This document shows, one piece after another, positions 26,284-40,694 of a DNA stretch of 64,000 bases (positions within the stretch are counted from its first letter, which is position 1; each line of letters begins with the position of its first letter). The DNA is taken from NCBI RefSeq assembly GCF_001194135.2, contig NC_069004.1:465001-529000 (forward strand), read 5' to 3'. Source of the stretch: Octopus bimaculoides. Taxonomy: Eukaryota. Below the pieces are notes generated by a model. The model searched no databases. It was given only the letters and a program-made list of their open reading frames with translations, and was not told the DNA's origin. The translations under genes and the position numbers were made by a program.

Positions 26284-26994
26284 TCATGACGAAAGGCGTA
26301 AAAGGGAATAAGTGAAGAGTGGCAAGGTTAGATTGTCGATTTGGTCAGTGAAAGCTTCATAGAACGATGCCGATGAGAGTGTGAACAGGATTCTTGGTGT
26401 GAGCGGAACTGAAACTGAAAATGGTTAATATTTATTGTTGTTGCAGTCGGTACTGTTTGCTGAATAAATAAACAAACAACATCATCATCACCACAATCAC
26501 CAACATTGACATCACTATCATCATCATCATCATCATCATGAACATTTTAATGTCTACTTCTGCATATTTGCATATTTCAGACAAGACAAGTTGAGGCAGA
26601 TTCGACCAATGTTCACTTCTTCTTGAGCAAGTGAACATTTTCCTTGAGTCTGGACATGTTTTCACAGAAGATTAGAAACAAATCATAATGTTTTTGTGAT
26701 GGCAACATTTGTTTAAAGAGCAGAAGGCTAAGACAAGGGAACACACACACACACATACTTGCATGCACAGACACACACACACACATACATACACACATAC
26801 CAAGCCAAGTCAACTCATAAGTCTTTTGTCGACCTGNNNNNNNNNNGAGAAGTGGACTCCCTAACTACACAGTCACGTCTACAACCAGAATCACAGAGAA
26901 TCTCTCTCCCCCTCTCATTCTCTTTCACTCACTCTCTTACTTTCTATGATTCTCTTTCTATTGTTTTCTTGTTCTTGCTGTCTCACCCTCTCTC

Positions 26995-27034
<40 letters not shown>

Positions 27035-30000
27035 AAGCTTCACCAGAACCAAGCAAAGAATAATAAAGAAGTTATTTACCAAAGTAATTCAAACACCCAA
27101 CGCCCATGATCTGTGCAACGATTGAGGCCAAAGTCCCTTCCACAGATTTTCTGGAATTACCTAGAAAAACAAAAAAAGAAAAAACATTAAGTTCACAAAA
27201 TGAATAAAAATCTTTACCAACACAGACCATTGCTAACTTCCTCATATTCTGCTCATATTCCTGCATTAAACCCAAGCCTGCAGGGGTCAGACAGAGTTGA
27301 TTGAGGCAGTGGGATGGAAATGAATAGAATTACATCAGTGTCTTTCTTTTCCTCCTGGCGCTTCTACGCATTTACTCTTTTCATATTTATTGAGGTGTAC
27401 AAAAGGGGCCTTTCTCATCACCTTCACTTCACACGGTCGTTTTACAAAAATGGCAATTTTAATTAAATACTGCACAAATTTTGTATACCAGATATACATA
27501 TATATCATCATCATCATCATTTTTAATGCCTGTCTCCACTCATGCATACCAGTCTCCACGCCACTGATGTTATCCAAGGGAAAGGCAAAGGGGCCGATAC
27601 AGTTTGATACCAGTAGCATTGCAACTCATTTCTACAACTGAGTGAACTGGAGCAACATGAAATAAGGAACACAACACACAACCCAGTCCAAGAATCGAAC
27701 TCACTACCTCATGATTGTGAGCCTGACACTCTAACCACTGACCCATGCAACTACAAAAGTATAGAAGAGTTTTGTGAGGAGTCTTTGCAACCTGAGAAAC
27801 TTGTGCCAACTTACCAGGAAGTTTTGTTTTTCCATATCTGATACCAACAACTGAAGCAGCAGTGTCTCCAACACCAAGGGTTAACAAACCAGCAAAGCAG
27901 CTGACATAGTCTTCTACAAAAGACAAATTGAAATGTGAATCATTAGACAGATTGTAATGTGAAGGAGGAACGTTTTTCATATTCCACATTTTACACTTTT
28001 TTCACATTTTATTGTAGAAATTTTTATTTTTATGTTCATTATATTTTTATCATGTATATGCATATATTTATATGTACATACATGCATATATATAGATATA
28101 TATATATATATATGTATGTATGTATGTATGCATATACATGTATGTGTCTATATGCTTGAGTATGTATGTGTGTGTATATGTGCGTGTGCACATGTAATCA
28201 AAAAGGTAGGCTTGTGTGTGTATATACACATAAGTATGTATATACATGCTTAATTGTATATATTGTAGTATAGTACATTGTACTGTATTGTCATATGTGG
28301 TACTGTACTCTGTTGTATTGTGTTGTGCTATATCCTATTCTACTGTACTCTTACAGTACAGCAGAGTACACTGGTGTTGTAGAGTTGAAATATCATAACA
28401 AGAGAAACTGACCAGGAGTCCGGGAATGTCCAGCAGCAGTTGACAGCCAAACTGGAACTGAGAATCCCACCAATAGATATATATGACTGACCAGCAGTGG
28501 ACCACTGTCTTTCTCATCCAAAAATAAAGACAGACTCGATTCCAGGGATGAAGATAACGGTGGAATTTTGTACATTCGGAATTGCTGAAAGAAACCAAAA
28601 TATTTAGTTGTTATAGGTTTTTTTTAATCCAGTGTATGTAATTCAGGTCATATTAAATTAAAACTGTTATCTGTAAATGGCACAGATAACGGTGCCATAC
28701 ACCTCTCTAAACTAGGCACCAATATCTAAGCATCGTCCAGGCCTAATTAGGTTACTTATGAAGTACTACTACTACTACTACTACTACTACTACAATTATG
28801 CTGTTATCATCATCATCATAACGATAATAATCATGATGATGATGATAGTGATGTCACATTTCGGCACAATCCCAATATCTTCCTGTGTCTTGGTAGCAGT
28901 TTGGCTATTGTGCAAGGGGCACCAATTACAACAGAAACAATTCCCATCCACAACCACGTGATCTCCCTGGCTTGCTGTTAATAATCTCACAAGATTTCTT
29001 CTTCTCAGTTAAACCTGATCTCCTTCCTTCAGCAACATGATCCGTCTTTATGGAGAAATCCTTTAATTATCATTATCACTATGACAACCACTGGTTTACA
29101 TTCGTACCAGTGGAATTTGAACTCAGAACATAAGGACAGACAAAGTGCCACCAAGCATTTTGCCCAGTCTGCTAATGATTCTGCCAGTTCTATAATTATT
29201 TCTTAGATAATGAGTTTATTTTTGTTGTTGGAAGCCCCAATACGTTACTGGTATAAATATTGAACAATCTGAATATAGTGGCTCTAACTTTCACCTCAAA
29301 ACCCTTGTGCCCCACAAGGATAAAATGAAATTTGGAAAACAAGACAGACAGACAGACATACATATGAAATAAAACTTTACCTCCAGCAGAAAAAGAAGAG
29401 CAAAGGCGCACCAGGCTGCCAAGGCCAGCATCATGGGTTCCAATAGCAAGCCAGGCAGGTAAACAGCAACCATGATCACATGAAAATATTTGCGTACATC
29501 ATAATGTATTCTATTTTTGTGTTTGTTGAAGTAAATGACCACTGCAATGGCCATAACTGACCATAAAACCCAATAACTCAATAGGTAGATCTAGTCGAAA
29601 TTACAGAAAATAGAAACATTTATACACTTATCTGTGTGTCACAGTAAAACATAATACATAATATATATAGTTTTATATATGTATATATATAAATGTGTGT
29701 GTGTGTGTGTATGTGTATGCGTGTGTGTGTGTGTGTGCAAATATATATGAGAGAGAGAGAGAAAGAAACATGTCTGGCCATGGGGAAATGTTATCTTGCT
29801 TGGAAACAGGTGAGGGTTGGTGACAGGAAGGGTATCCAGCCATAGAGACAATCTGCCTCAATAAAATTCCACCCAATTCATGCAAACATAGGAACACGAA
29901 GAATAGGCCCAGTTATTTTCATTCTTCCTTAGTACATGACTCAACCATATCATCCCATTTCTCTTTAGAATCTTACCTGGTTTCTACTGACATAACGGAA

Positions 30001-31462
30001 CAACTTCTCAAAACTAAATGGGTGCAACAGCGTTATCCAAAAAATTATTATAGCATTTGCTAGCAGACCGTATATCACATAGAATTTGATTGGAGATGCA
30101 GTAACCTTGGAATTATGGAAAATAGCTACAGAAATGGCCACAGTAAGAACCACAGTCTGGAAAACAGAAAAGATGGAGATAAAACCAAAATTTTATTCTC
30201 AAAAACCATTCTGAAAGTAATGCAACAGATTAGTAAATTGGTTCATTAGAAACTTCATAATCACCAACAAAGTAATTACTTACTGAATACATAATTTTAA
30301 AAATAAAAATAAGATAAATAAATAACAATTAACAAATACTTACAGCAATTATAGCTTCCTTGTCTAGAACATAGTTTTCTGCAGTCATTTTCTGTAAAAC
30401 AAAAGGAAAAGAAGGATAAATTTATTGAGTTGGGGTAAAGTAAGGGATATTATAGCAATAACCAATAGGGGACAGTATCCGATCCTGGATCTAATAGTAT
30501 CACAGTACAGCCAAACCAAGCAAAATTTTTATAGGCGCAGGCATGGTTGTGTAATCAAGAAGCTTGCTTTATAACCACAAGGTTTTAGGTTCAATCCCAA
30601 TGCATAACACTTTGAGAAACTCTTCTATTATAGCCCTGGGCTGACCAATGCATTGCAAGTGATGATGAAGAAGGCAGTAGAGACGGTGGTGGTGGTGGTG
30701 GTGGTGGTGGTGGAGGTCATAGTGAGGATAGTGATTTCATATGTCAAAAATATTTTTGTCGTTGCAACCCTTTCGTAATTATACCACAGCCCAATTAATA
30801 TCTCAAATTGAGTTGCTATCTAATTATGAAGTAAACAGTTTATATAAAGATATGCAGTACTGTCCTAAGTACCAAAACTGAAAATTTCCAAGGATTGGAC
30901 AGCTGACGAAAGGAAGATTCTTGCTTTTGTTCCATCTGTTACTATTTTTTCATTTCCCCAGTAGAGTTAGAGCAATAGAAAAAGACAAGGAGAGGAATAT
31001 GTTACCTTTATTATCGACATGGCATTGTTGTGAACAAAATAAACAATGAGTTGGGAAACAAGAACCAGTTCTCCATAAGTAAATGTCTTTGGTAAGAGCA
31101 GCAACATCTTTCTCATGAGATAAAGGTGAGCAACCAACATCAGGCCAAAAGCAAAAGAGTCCAGCCAGCCTGAAAGGAAAAAATGTATATTATTATTATT
31201 ATTATTATTATTGCGTGTGCATGCATGCGTGTTTGTGTCTGAGTATTTACATCCCCATAACTAAGCAGTTCAGCAAAAGAGACCAATAGAATAAGTGCCA
31301 GGCTTAAAAAAAAAACAAGTACTGGGGTGCAGTTCATTTGACTAAAAATTCTTCAAGGTGGTGCCCCAGCATGGCCGCAAGCTTATGACTGAAACAAGTA
31401 AAAAAATAAAAGATGAGACAGAAAAGATCACTTGCCACTCTCTTCTGATCTGGAAGCTGAAA

Positions 31463-31495
<33 letters not shown>

Positions 31496-31497
31496 AA

Positions 31498-31535
<38 letters not shown>

Positions 31536-31548
31536 CCACCATCACCAC

Positions 31549-31590
<42 letters not shown>

Positions 31591-32162
31591 GCCTTCCTTG
31601 TTACCAAACAAGGTAATATTTCCTCATGGTCAAAACAACTCAAACATTTCTGCACACCCATTCACAGATTCACAAACAAGCACACACACACACATGCATG
31701 TATGTGTGTGTGTGTATATATATAAACCATCCTTATCATCATTGTCATATATATGTATATACACACACACATACATACATGCATGTGTGTGTCTGCAGAA
31801 GCATATACATGTGTGCATGGAGCAAAAATAGCATTTTCCTTCCTCACCTTTTCCCATTAACAATGGACAACCAACACCAAAGACTGCCTCCAAGAAGATT
31901 TCCATTGCACAAGAGTCCCGGAAATGCTTTGGTCTTTCAAGAATCTGATGTGCCAGATACATTGGATTCAAAACCAGAAGATAACTTTGAAGCAAAACGT
32001 CTTCGTGAGATGTTGAAGAATCTGAAACACAATTCAGAACATGGAAGTATTAAAGTATGTCAACAGGAGGTCAACGGGAGCAGCACGTCTACTGATACTA
32101 AGGGTGTCAGTATATGAACGACTGAGTTGATTTCAGTATTATGAGAACATCAAATGATATGC

Positions 32163-32199
<37 letters not shown>

Positions 32200-34901
32200 C
32201 ATGTCTATGCAAGTATGTATATATATAATAAACAATGTGTAGGTGTCAATTAATTACAACTGTTTCCAACGAATTCTTCAATTGATTAATGAGTCTTGTT
32301 GCCAGACATAGGGTCTTCCAGCAGCCCCCTTCTTGATCCAGAGCAACACTACCTCCTCCAGGCACTTGATGTAGGCCTTTGTATTGAGTCTGAGGCCATG
32401 TGGGAAGATGGAGGCATAACGTCACCATCACTAGTGATCACCTCAAACACCATCATGTTGGCTGCATGTTTGGTTTTTATCACTCGAATGTGAATGAACT
32501 TTTGACAGAATAATCTGAATGTTAATGAGTTAATTATCTTAATCACTCTTCCTTTATAAACCACCCATGACCATCACCACTGGCCCACACCATGCGTGAA
32601 GAAAGGAACTTACCAGATGACCGAATCTGTGACAACAAACAAAGGGGGAAGATCAGGACTGACCACACAGAAAACCTTGCACGTGGTCTGAAATGGAGGA
32701 AAAAACGAACAAGAAAATAATTTGCAAATTTCAAAGGGGATGGCCATATGTGGTTAAGATGCTTGCTTTGCAAACCTGTGGTTTCAGGTTCAGCCCCACA
32801 GTGCAACACCTTGAGCTGACCAATGCTTTGTGAGTGAATTTGGGAAACAGAAACTGTGAGGAAGCCTGTCATGTGTGTGTGGGGTTGGTTTGTTTATGTC
32901 CCCATAATTTAGCTGTTCAGCAAAAGAAACCAATAGAATAAGTATGGACCGGTGTGACATGAGGCAGTTGATGTAATAGACTGAATCTATAGTCCTAATG
33001 GCAACAGTCACCTAGCATCACCCTCTGGCATCTCCCGGCATCAACCAGTATCCCTCTGGCATCTCCTGGCATCCCTCTGGCATCTCCTGGCATCCCTCTG
33101 GCCACAATTTAACGACAAAAAGAATGAGTGTTCCTGCAACGTACTGAACCAAATTCATTACATACCTGCAAAATGTCTTGGAAATGAGACATGTACGACG
33201 CTGCCATTTTCGTTCTGTATAAACTGACCAGCAAAATGCAGCTGATACTGGAAGAGGGGAAGAAAATAAGACCACACATTAGTGTTAACTCTTTACAATG
33301 CCAAAACAGGGGGGGGGGGGTAAAATATACAAAAAGGGGGTCAGCAGAAAGGATTTTTAGCAGTTTTAGTGGTGGTGGTGATGGAGGCGGTGGTGGTGGT
33401 GGTAGTGGTGGTGGTGTAGAAGCAGACACAGTTACATGTTACTGTCATGTGTGAGTGTGTGTGTGAGTGTGTGTGTGTGTGTGTCTGTGTGTGTGTGTGT
33501 GTGTCTGAGTGTGTGTGTGTGTATGTGTGTGTGTGTGCATCTATTTACCTTGATATGGTGTGATGGTTGCAAGCAAAAGACAAATTTGCAATATTATGCA
33601 CACACACACTCATATATGCATAACCAACCGATTCAAATAACTACAAATCCCAAGAGTTGTCTTGACTTAATTTGTTAGTGATTGGTTTGTTTTCTGCCAA
33701 AGTTGTAAAACTTTGATAAATTCCTAAGAAATATACATGCACACACATACATGTACACACACACACACACACAACTACATGTCATCTGCAATTATGTTTT
33801 AGCAATAAAATTTCTCTTGGCTACAATTACCGAACGTAGTAAATAAAGCAAACATTAAGTTCAGCAAAAACACGTTTAACTTCTTTGAAGATCTCTGATG
33901 AAGAAAGCTGGTCCAGACACGAGAGTGGAAGTCGTATTTTCTCAACCGTGGGAACTTCCATTGTAACGTCTTTATCGACATTGTGTTCATAAATTAGAAA
34001 ACACAAAATGCATTTCTTTGTTTATTTTTCTAAGCTGTTAAGAGACTGGCGTGAGGTAGGTGAGGGGTTCAATGCTTGTCTCAGGTGACAATTCACGTGA
34101 GTATTATTTACCTTTGCATTTAGGAACTTATTGGACGAATATAAAATGTCTGTAGACTTGCGGAAGAAGAGTGGTGGCGGAGGTTCACCTGTGCATGTGT
34201 TAACGTGTGCATTAATTTATTCATTTATTCATGTGCGTATGTGTGAATTTATCCGTGTAGTTGTATGAGCATACATGTATGTGAAAATATATGTCAGCAC
34301 ATATGCATATCTGTGTGTGAGCGTGTGTGTGTGAGTGAATGAGTGCGTGAGTGTGTGCATGTGCTTGTGTGTGTGTGCTTGTCTACTTGCATGTGGCTGT
34401 GAAGTGAACTACTTAACCATATGGCCACACTTGCACTGACCCATGTGTGTGTTTGTGTTGTGTGTGAGTGGAAGTGCATGGCTTAGTGGCTAGGGTGTTG
34501 GACACATGATCATAAGATTGTGGTTTCGATTCCTGGACCAGGCGATGCATTGTGTTCTTCAGTAAAATACTAGCTCCAGTCCCCTCAACTGGTAAAAAGG
34601 AATAATCCTGCAATGGACTGGCATCCTTTCTGGGGGAGGAATATTTATATTACAGAGAAACCAGGAAACTGGCCCTGTACTCCTTAAAGAAGTAATGTGG
34701 ACCAATGATTCAATAAATAAATATCAATATTATAAGAAACAGACTGAAAGAAGAACAACAAATTCCAAGTGGAATAGAGTCCAAAGAAGTATACTTACCA
34801 AACAGGATGGTGTAACTGTGCACAAAGGACTGCACAGAATATAGCACATAGACACAGCCTACACCGACCACAGATGCTTCTAATTTTGAGCTGATGTCCA
34901 T
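26284..34901 (-). CDS. DOLK: Dolichol kinase, 503 aa. Exons in transcript order: 34901-34799, 33247-33166, 32687-32614, 32021-31848, 31169-31006, 30391-30344, 30156-29977, 29590-29381, 28584-28413, 27913-27815, 27160-27080, 26408-26284
   Basis: Twelve phase-consistent GT-AG exons totalling 1512 nt. Hallmark motifs: LLPKTFTYGE, VRKYFH, FLDEKDSGPLLVSHIYLLVGFSVPVWL, GLLTLGVGDTAASVVG (CTP-binding motif), KSVEGT, EAFTDQIDNLTLPL. Confidence 0.95.
31463..31590 (+). repeat. Compound (TAC)n(CAT)n microsatellite, representative of dozens of (TA)n, (CA)n, (TACA)n, (GAT)n and (AAT)n tracts
   Basis: Direct inspection. Confidence 0.95.
32290..32497 (-). mobile_element. Mariner (maT/DD37D-like) transposase fragment
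   Basis: TKHAANMMVFEVITSDGDVMPP followed by YIKCLEEVVLLWIKKGAAGRPYVWQQ in a shifted frame. Confidence 0.75.
33021..33103 (+). repeat. About 21-bp minisatellite ccctctggcatctcctggcat, about 3.5 copies
   Basis: Direct inspection. Confidence 0.8.
33810..33995 (-). mobile_element. Possible Penelope-like ORF fragment in a DOLK intron
   Basis: Open frame EKIRLPLSCLDQLSSSEIFKEVKRVFAELNVCFIYY weakly resembles the Penelope linker motif LPFKDQ.S...V.RQL. No usable splice context. Confidence 0.3.
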
Positions 34902-37132
34902 TGCCAGAAAATGAGAATATTATCTGAAAATAATATATAACTCAGATTCAATGATAGAACAGAAATGAAGTGGGAGCCCCTCAATACAACAGTCTCCCTC
35001 AAATCCCATTAAAAATTTCTATGTGCAGAAGGCACAAGCATGGCTGTGCAGTAAAAAGAGAGCCTACTCTTGCAGGCTTATGATTGCTGGTGCCACCCAT
35101 GCCGGTGTCATGCAAAGGCACCCGTGCCACAGAAAAGTATCCAGTACACTCTGTAAAGTGGTTGGCATTAGGAATGGGAATTAGCCACAGAAAGCCAGCC
35201 AAAAAGGAACAATTGGAGTCGGGCAACTCTCCAGCTGGCCAGCATGGAGAACAGGCGTTTGATGATGATGATGATGATGATGACGGTGTGTGCGTGTGCG
35301 CGTCCACCACTACTGCTTGACAACAGGTGTTGGTTTGTCTATGTTCCTGTATCTTAGCAATTTGGCGAAAAAGTAGGTCTTAAAAAATAAATACTGGGGT
35401 CCGTTTGTTCGAGTGAACCCTTCAAAGCGATGGCCCAGCATGGTCTCAGTCCAATGACTGAAACAAGTAAAAGGTAAAAGATAGAATCTTAATATCTACG
35501 ACGTCCAGAGAAATTATGGTTTGGGCGCACAAAATAATTTCCGATTCTGTTGTTAAGAAGCGCCCAGAGAGAGTGTGCCTAGGACCATATTATCTATTGT
35601 GTTCTTCTAACACATTAACTCGTTTTTATTTATTTATTTATTTGGTTAAGACAGTAGGGTGTGATATGAGAAATAAATTGAACTGCTATTTCCAGCAAAA
35701 GCGCGGAGTGCGTGGGAAGATGCGCCTCCGCAATCTGTTTATGACACAAGGGAAGTTACTCTACAGACAAACTTAGTTTCACAGCTGAGCTGTGTCCCAG
35801 GGAGGGAAATTGGCCATCGGAAGAAGAAATATAATTTTACAAGACAAGAGAAAACATTCACTCAAAGTATGATAAACGGAGCTACTAAAAGAGATTAGAT
35901 TTAGGATACTTCCTGGTCTCATATTAAACGTTGTTATTGCTGTAACCGTTGTTGTTAAATAGCATATCAAACTTGTTTCGGAAAACCTGTGGCCAAATGT
36001 ATTCTAGCCTTAACCACCCTTTCCTCCACCACCACCCAAATATTATGTATCTGAACTTCCTTTAATTTCCTTCTAAAAGTATATTAGGATGTGAGGTAAG
36101 GGAGATTTAGTTGTCGTGTAATGTCCGAGTCAGCCCTACTCGAACAAACCTATGATCGAAAACGTTCCAAATACGTGGCAATTACTATATTTTTCCAAGC
36201 ATGATATATATTTAGGACTACATCATCATATGATCCCTTTTTATTGATGTACGATGTGAGTTGAGCGAGATTTAGTTGTTGTTTTCAAACCGATCGGACG
36301 ACACTATAAGTCATTCGTTGACTGCTGTAATAAATCTGTAATGAAAGTATCCCAGCCATATATATATATATATATATATGTATGTATATATCAGTCATTG
36401 TGTATCTAGACGTACATTATCCAAGGAAAGGAATTCTTCCTTTTATAGTTTGGTAATATGTGATTTCGCTGTTATTTCTTTCTACGTCAACCAACGTCAG
36501 TAGCTCGTTTGTTGACTTGTATAAACACCGAACTATTTACGTATTCACTCGCATGCAAAGTACAAGATATGCAGAAATAAAAACAAGATTAAATGATGTT
36601 TGTGTCTTTCAACAGAATCAATCAAGTTGTGGAAGGGGAATTTCTGCAACCATAAATAAAACCTGATCGCAAAAAGGTCGCACTGGGTCCTGGGCTGTTT
36701 TACGATATTCTTCAACATAAGATAAAACAAGATTACGTAATGTTCATGCCTTTCTCGAAAAATGTTTAACGATGTTGAGAAATGAAAATTAATTAATATA
36801 ACTACTTCTACGAAGACAACAAGGAATCGAAACCCGATCGCCAAAACACTCGGCTCAGTCGGCATTTTAAAACCTACGATTCTCGCTAATTGATATTGAA
36901 TTATTAATTAAGTTTAGACTCGGAGAAAATAATAACCTGGGTTTAGTCAGCCGACGCTTGCAATGATGATCGTAATTGAATAAGAATTTCAAGGAAACCG
37001 GGTCGGAAGTCCATCCAGGTCAAAGTTCAATAATTGGGACGGTGGCAAAACAAGCATGTAAGAAGAAAACGGTTACTTGCTATTCCTACTCTGATAATGT
37101 TAATAGAAATCATACAGGAAAAGTATGTTTAC

Positions 37133-37352
37133 CTATGTCAGGATTCCTTTAAGAGTATCTGGCTGTTTATTGTTATTTGTTGTGCTGTTGTGACATTCAT
37201 GCCTTGGAGATGACGATTAAAGCAGACAAAACATAGTGTTGGAAGGGCAGATAACCCAACATAAAGTTTGGAAAACATAGCGTTAGTGAGGCAGGTGACC
37301 CAAAGAACACTCGCAAACGTTTCAGAGACAGATAACCCCAAACACTACCAAC
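37133..37352 (-). other. Probable non-coding 5' UTR exon of DOLK
   Basis: Minus-strand acceptor (gcatttag at 37353) and donor (CATAG|gtaaac at 37133). The DOLK ATG exon has its own acceptor at 34924, so an upstream UTR exon is required. This exon has stops in the phase needed for DOLK coding. Confidence 0.4.
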
Positions 37353-38765
37353 CTAAATGCGATATTATAGTAAAAGGGGCTCTCAAACGAGGTGAGATTT
37401 CGTGACATTCATGCCTTTTTTGGTGAGCATTATTAACGAAGTGAAGTGATGCAAATAGACTGTTTACTCCTACAACAAATCAAAAATTGAAGGCATTAGC
37501 GTTAAAGAGGCAGGTAACAGAACAAACAGCGATTAAAAGTCAGATTCCCATGAAACGAATCTCGCATTGGCGGGGAGTAGTGCCAGTGCGATACGACACA
37601 GCAACCAGTGTGACGTCCCATTATTTCAGTTGAATTTACCAAATACTTTGCAATAACATTCGTAATAAAACTTGAGCAAAACACGATCATTAACTAGAAC
37701 GGTTACTAGGATATAATGGATAACATGCAGTTTACGCTCGTAAAAAAAGTGAAAGTAAATTGTCCCTGATAACAAGCGGGAAAGATGTTGGCCCATTACA
37801 AGGCGTTGCCAAGAACGTTTGATATCCGATGGGTGGGCTTCATAAGCAGGTCTCGACAACTTCCATCCCCATGAAGTTGTCAACCATTCCCTCAATTTTG
37901 TTGACCCAAATGATGACAGTATCTGTAAGCAGATTAATACAAGGGCGATAGATGCTCATCAAGAAAAAAATTAAGCCACAATGGGGAACTAGTAGGAAGT
38001 AAATTGTCCATCATCACTTACGGTGTTTAGAACAATTCACTTTCACTTTTCTTTTTTTTTACGACGGTAAATTACACATTAACCGATACTGGTTCCAGTT
38101 GGTCCGATCAACGGAACAGCCTGCTCGTGAAATTAACGTACAAGCAGCTGAGTATCCCACAACTGCGCGTACCCTTAATGTAGTTCTCAAGGATATTCAG
38201 CATGGACACAGAATGTGACAAGCTGGCCCTTTGAATTATTGGTACAATTCAGTTTTGCCAGCCGAGTGAACTGGAGCAAACATGAAATAAAGTGTCTTAC
38301 TGAAGGACATAACACCTCGCCGAGAATTGATCTCAGGACCTCATGATCGTGAGCCGAATGACCAAGCCACTGAGCCAGAATAAAACAGACGGACGCTCAT
38401 TCGTCGCCTTTGATGGGAAAGTCCAACACACANNNNNNNNNNNNNNNNNNNNNNNNNNNNNNNNNNNNNNNNNNNNNNNNNNNNNNNNNNNNNNNNNNNN
38501 NNNNNNNNNNNNNNNNNNNNNNNNNNNNNNNNNNNNNNNNNNNNNNNNNNNNNNNNNNNNNNNNNNNNNNNNNNNNNNNNNNNNNNNNNNNNNNNNNNNN
38601 NNNNNNNNNNNNNNNNNNNNNNNNNNNNNNNNNNNNNNNNNNNNNNNNNNNNNNNNNNNNNNNNNNNNNNNNNNNNNNNNNNNNNNNNNNNNNNNNNNNN
38701 NNNNNNNNNNTATATATATATATCGACTTTAAATAGAGTTCAAAACTGATCCATTGAAAATACTT

Positions 38766-38803
<38 letters not shown>

Positions 38804-38973
38804 AAATGACCTTTGCACATAAATATATATATATTAAAACTAAATAAAGCATTATGATATTTAAAAATGCGTATGGCAGACAATTTTCTTTCTTTCTTTC
38901 TTTATATACACTATATTGACAGCGAGCTTAAAAGTGTCGCCGAAATTCAGCTTTTCCGATCTCTATTGATTGT

Positions 38974-38983
38974 ATCACGTGAT
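38974..38983. promoter_or_regulatory. Palindromic E-box ATCACGTGAT in the PIERCE1/DOLK divergent promoter region
   Basis: Perfect 10-bp palindrome with CACGTG core in a CpG-enriched patch about 90 bp upstream of the PIERCE1 ATG. Confidence 0.4.
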
Positions 38984-39007
38984 TCTTGAATGTCGGTTGT
39001 GAGTTTC

Positions 39008-39020
39008 GTTGCTAAGTAAC
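39008..39020 (+). promoter_or_regulatory. RFX X-box (GTTGCTAAGTAAC) 53 bp upstream of the PIERCE1 ATG
   Basis: Matches the X-box half-site pattern GTNRCY-N-RGYAAC and sits directly upstream of a motile-cilia gene, where RFX sites are expected. Confidence 0.65.
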
Positions 39021-39072
39021 GGACAATAAATAATCGCGATATCTCAAGCAAGCTTTGACTCTTTTCAACACA

Positions 39073-40565
39073 ATGTTAGAATCAGAAGGGGAAGAAGATA
39101 CAAAACCAAATGAAGTGCCGGAAATGGTGGAATGTAATGGAAACTTAGAGGTAAAGCCATTTTTCATTCGTTTTACTGTAATAGATACAACCTGCGACAC
39201 ACACACACATCGAACTAACGGGAGAGTCACTATATGTTGCTCTAACTGCTAGAAATAGCAACCAAATCTATCTCGTCTTAAAAAGAGAACACATTCCCTA
39301 CATCCAGGGGTTTGCTCGGTCATGGATGGCCTAGGACTCGCTCTTGACAGTTTTTCTGCACGTGTTTCTGGCCTTGTGCCTATAGCAGAAAGGATTATTT
39401 TAAGACGACGGAAGGTAGCAAGCTGGCAGAATCATGAAAGCATCCCACAGAATGCCCAGTGGCATTCGTTCTGATTTGTTACATTCTGAGTTCAAATCCC
39501 ACTAAGGGTGACTTTGCCGTTCATCCTTTCAGAGGTCAATAAAGTACTAATCAAATACTGGGGTTCAGTTGTATCAACAAATCCCTTAAAATTACTGGCG
39601 TTGCACCAAAATTTGAAACCATTATTTTAAGACAACAGAAGGGAGCGTAAGTGTGGGAATGAAATTTGCTTAGGTCCAACTCATGATGTTCAAAGCATTC
39701 TCATTGCCCTAAATTTGTGCTCGCAACCCCTACATCCCCTGTTCCTGAGCCTACAGTATTGAGCTGGTAGAATCATAAGAGCATCAGACAAAATGCTTTG
39801 TGGAATTTGTTCTGGGCCTTTAGCTTCTGAGTTCAAATCCTCTCAAGGCCAGTTTTGCTTTTCATTGTTTTGGGTTCAATGGCATAGAGTACCAGTCAAG
39901 AACTGGGGGTCAGTGGTATTAACCTACACCCCTGGAAATTGCTGGCCTTGTGCCAAAATTACAAAGAATCATTTGAAGATGGCAGAACATGATTTGAGAA
40001 AGATTTGGCTGCTATTTCTATCAAGTAGCAACCAAAGCACATTGATTCACTCCAGTTGCTACATCGTGCATCCTTCATATTTGAAGATGATAGGTGTAAT
40101 TTTAGTGAGATTTGGGTATTTTTTCTAGCATGCTATGTGACCGTTTCAAGGATCCCTTGGTGGCCCAGTGGCTTAGAAACAGGAAGGCAGCTCTTCAGTT
40201 AAGTGCATCTATATCTTTGGTTATTTTAGGCAGAAATAAATGAAAACATCAAGTGTTTTTTTTCTGGATAATTACAAAATGTTGATAGCATCTTGCCAAC
40301 ATCATCATCATCATCAACAATCATAACAGCCATTCTCTTTATTCTTTTTATCTTTTGACTGGTTTTTATTTATTAGACTGCAACCATGCTAGAGCACCTC
40401 CTTCACGAGTTTCTGTTCTTTCTCTGTTGTATTGACCTCAATACTTACATCTGTCTCGTACTTATTTCATTGATCTTTATACATTAAATAGTTAAGTTTT
40501 AACTATTTCTGTATTCAGGGACATCTAAGTTGATGATGTACCACTTTTACAAAGGCATCAACAAA

Positions 40566-40599
<34 letters not shown>

Positions 40600-40654
40600 G
40601 AGCTTTCTATGATAGCTGCAAGATTCTATTTATCTACATCTTATACTAATCATT

Positions 40655-40694
<40 letters not shown>

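Noticed and set aside
31432-31725. Poly-Leu/poly-His ORF
   Set aside because: Translation of a (TAC)n(CAT)n microsatellite in a DOLK intron.
31863-32117. Protein-like + strand ORF MDNQHQRLPPRRFP...
   Set aside because: It is the antisense shadow of DOLK exon 32021-31848.
37133-37341. Idea that the 67-aa ORF is DOLK exon 1 with an in-frame TGA recoded by A-to-I editing or readthrough
   Set aside because: Two proper coding exons (34901-34799 and 33247-33166) supply a clean DOLK N-terminus without any stop, so no recoding is needed.
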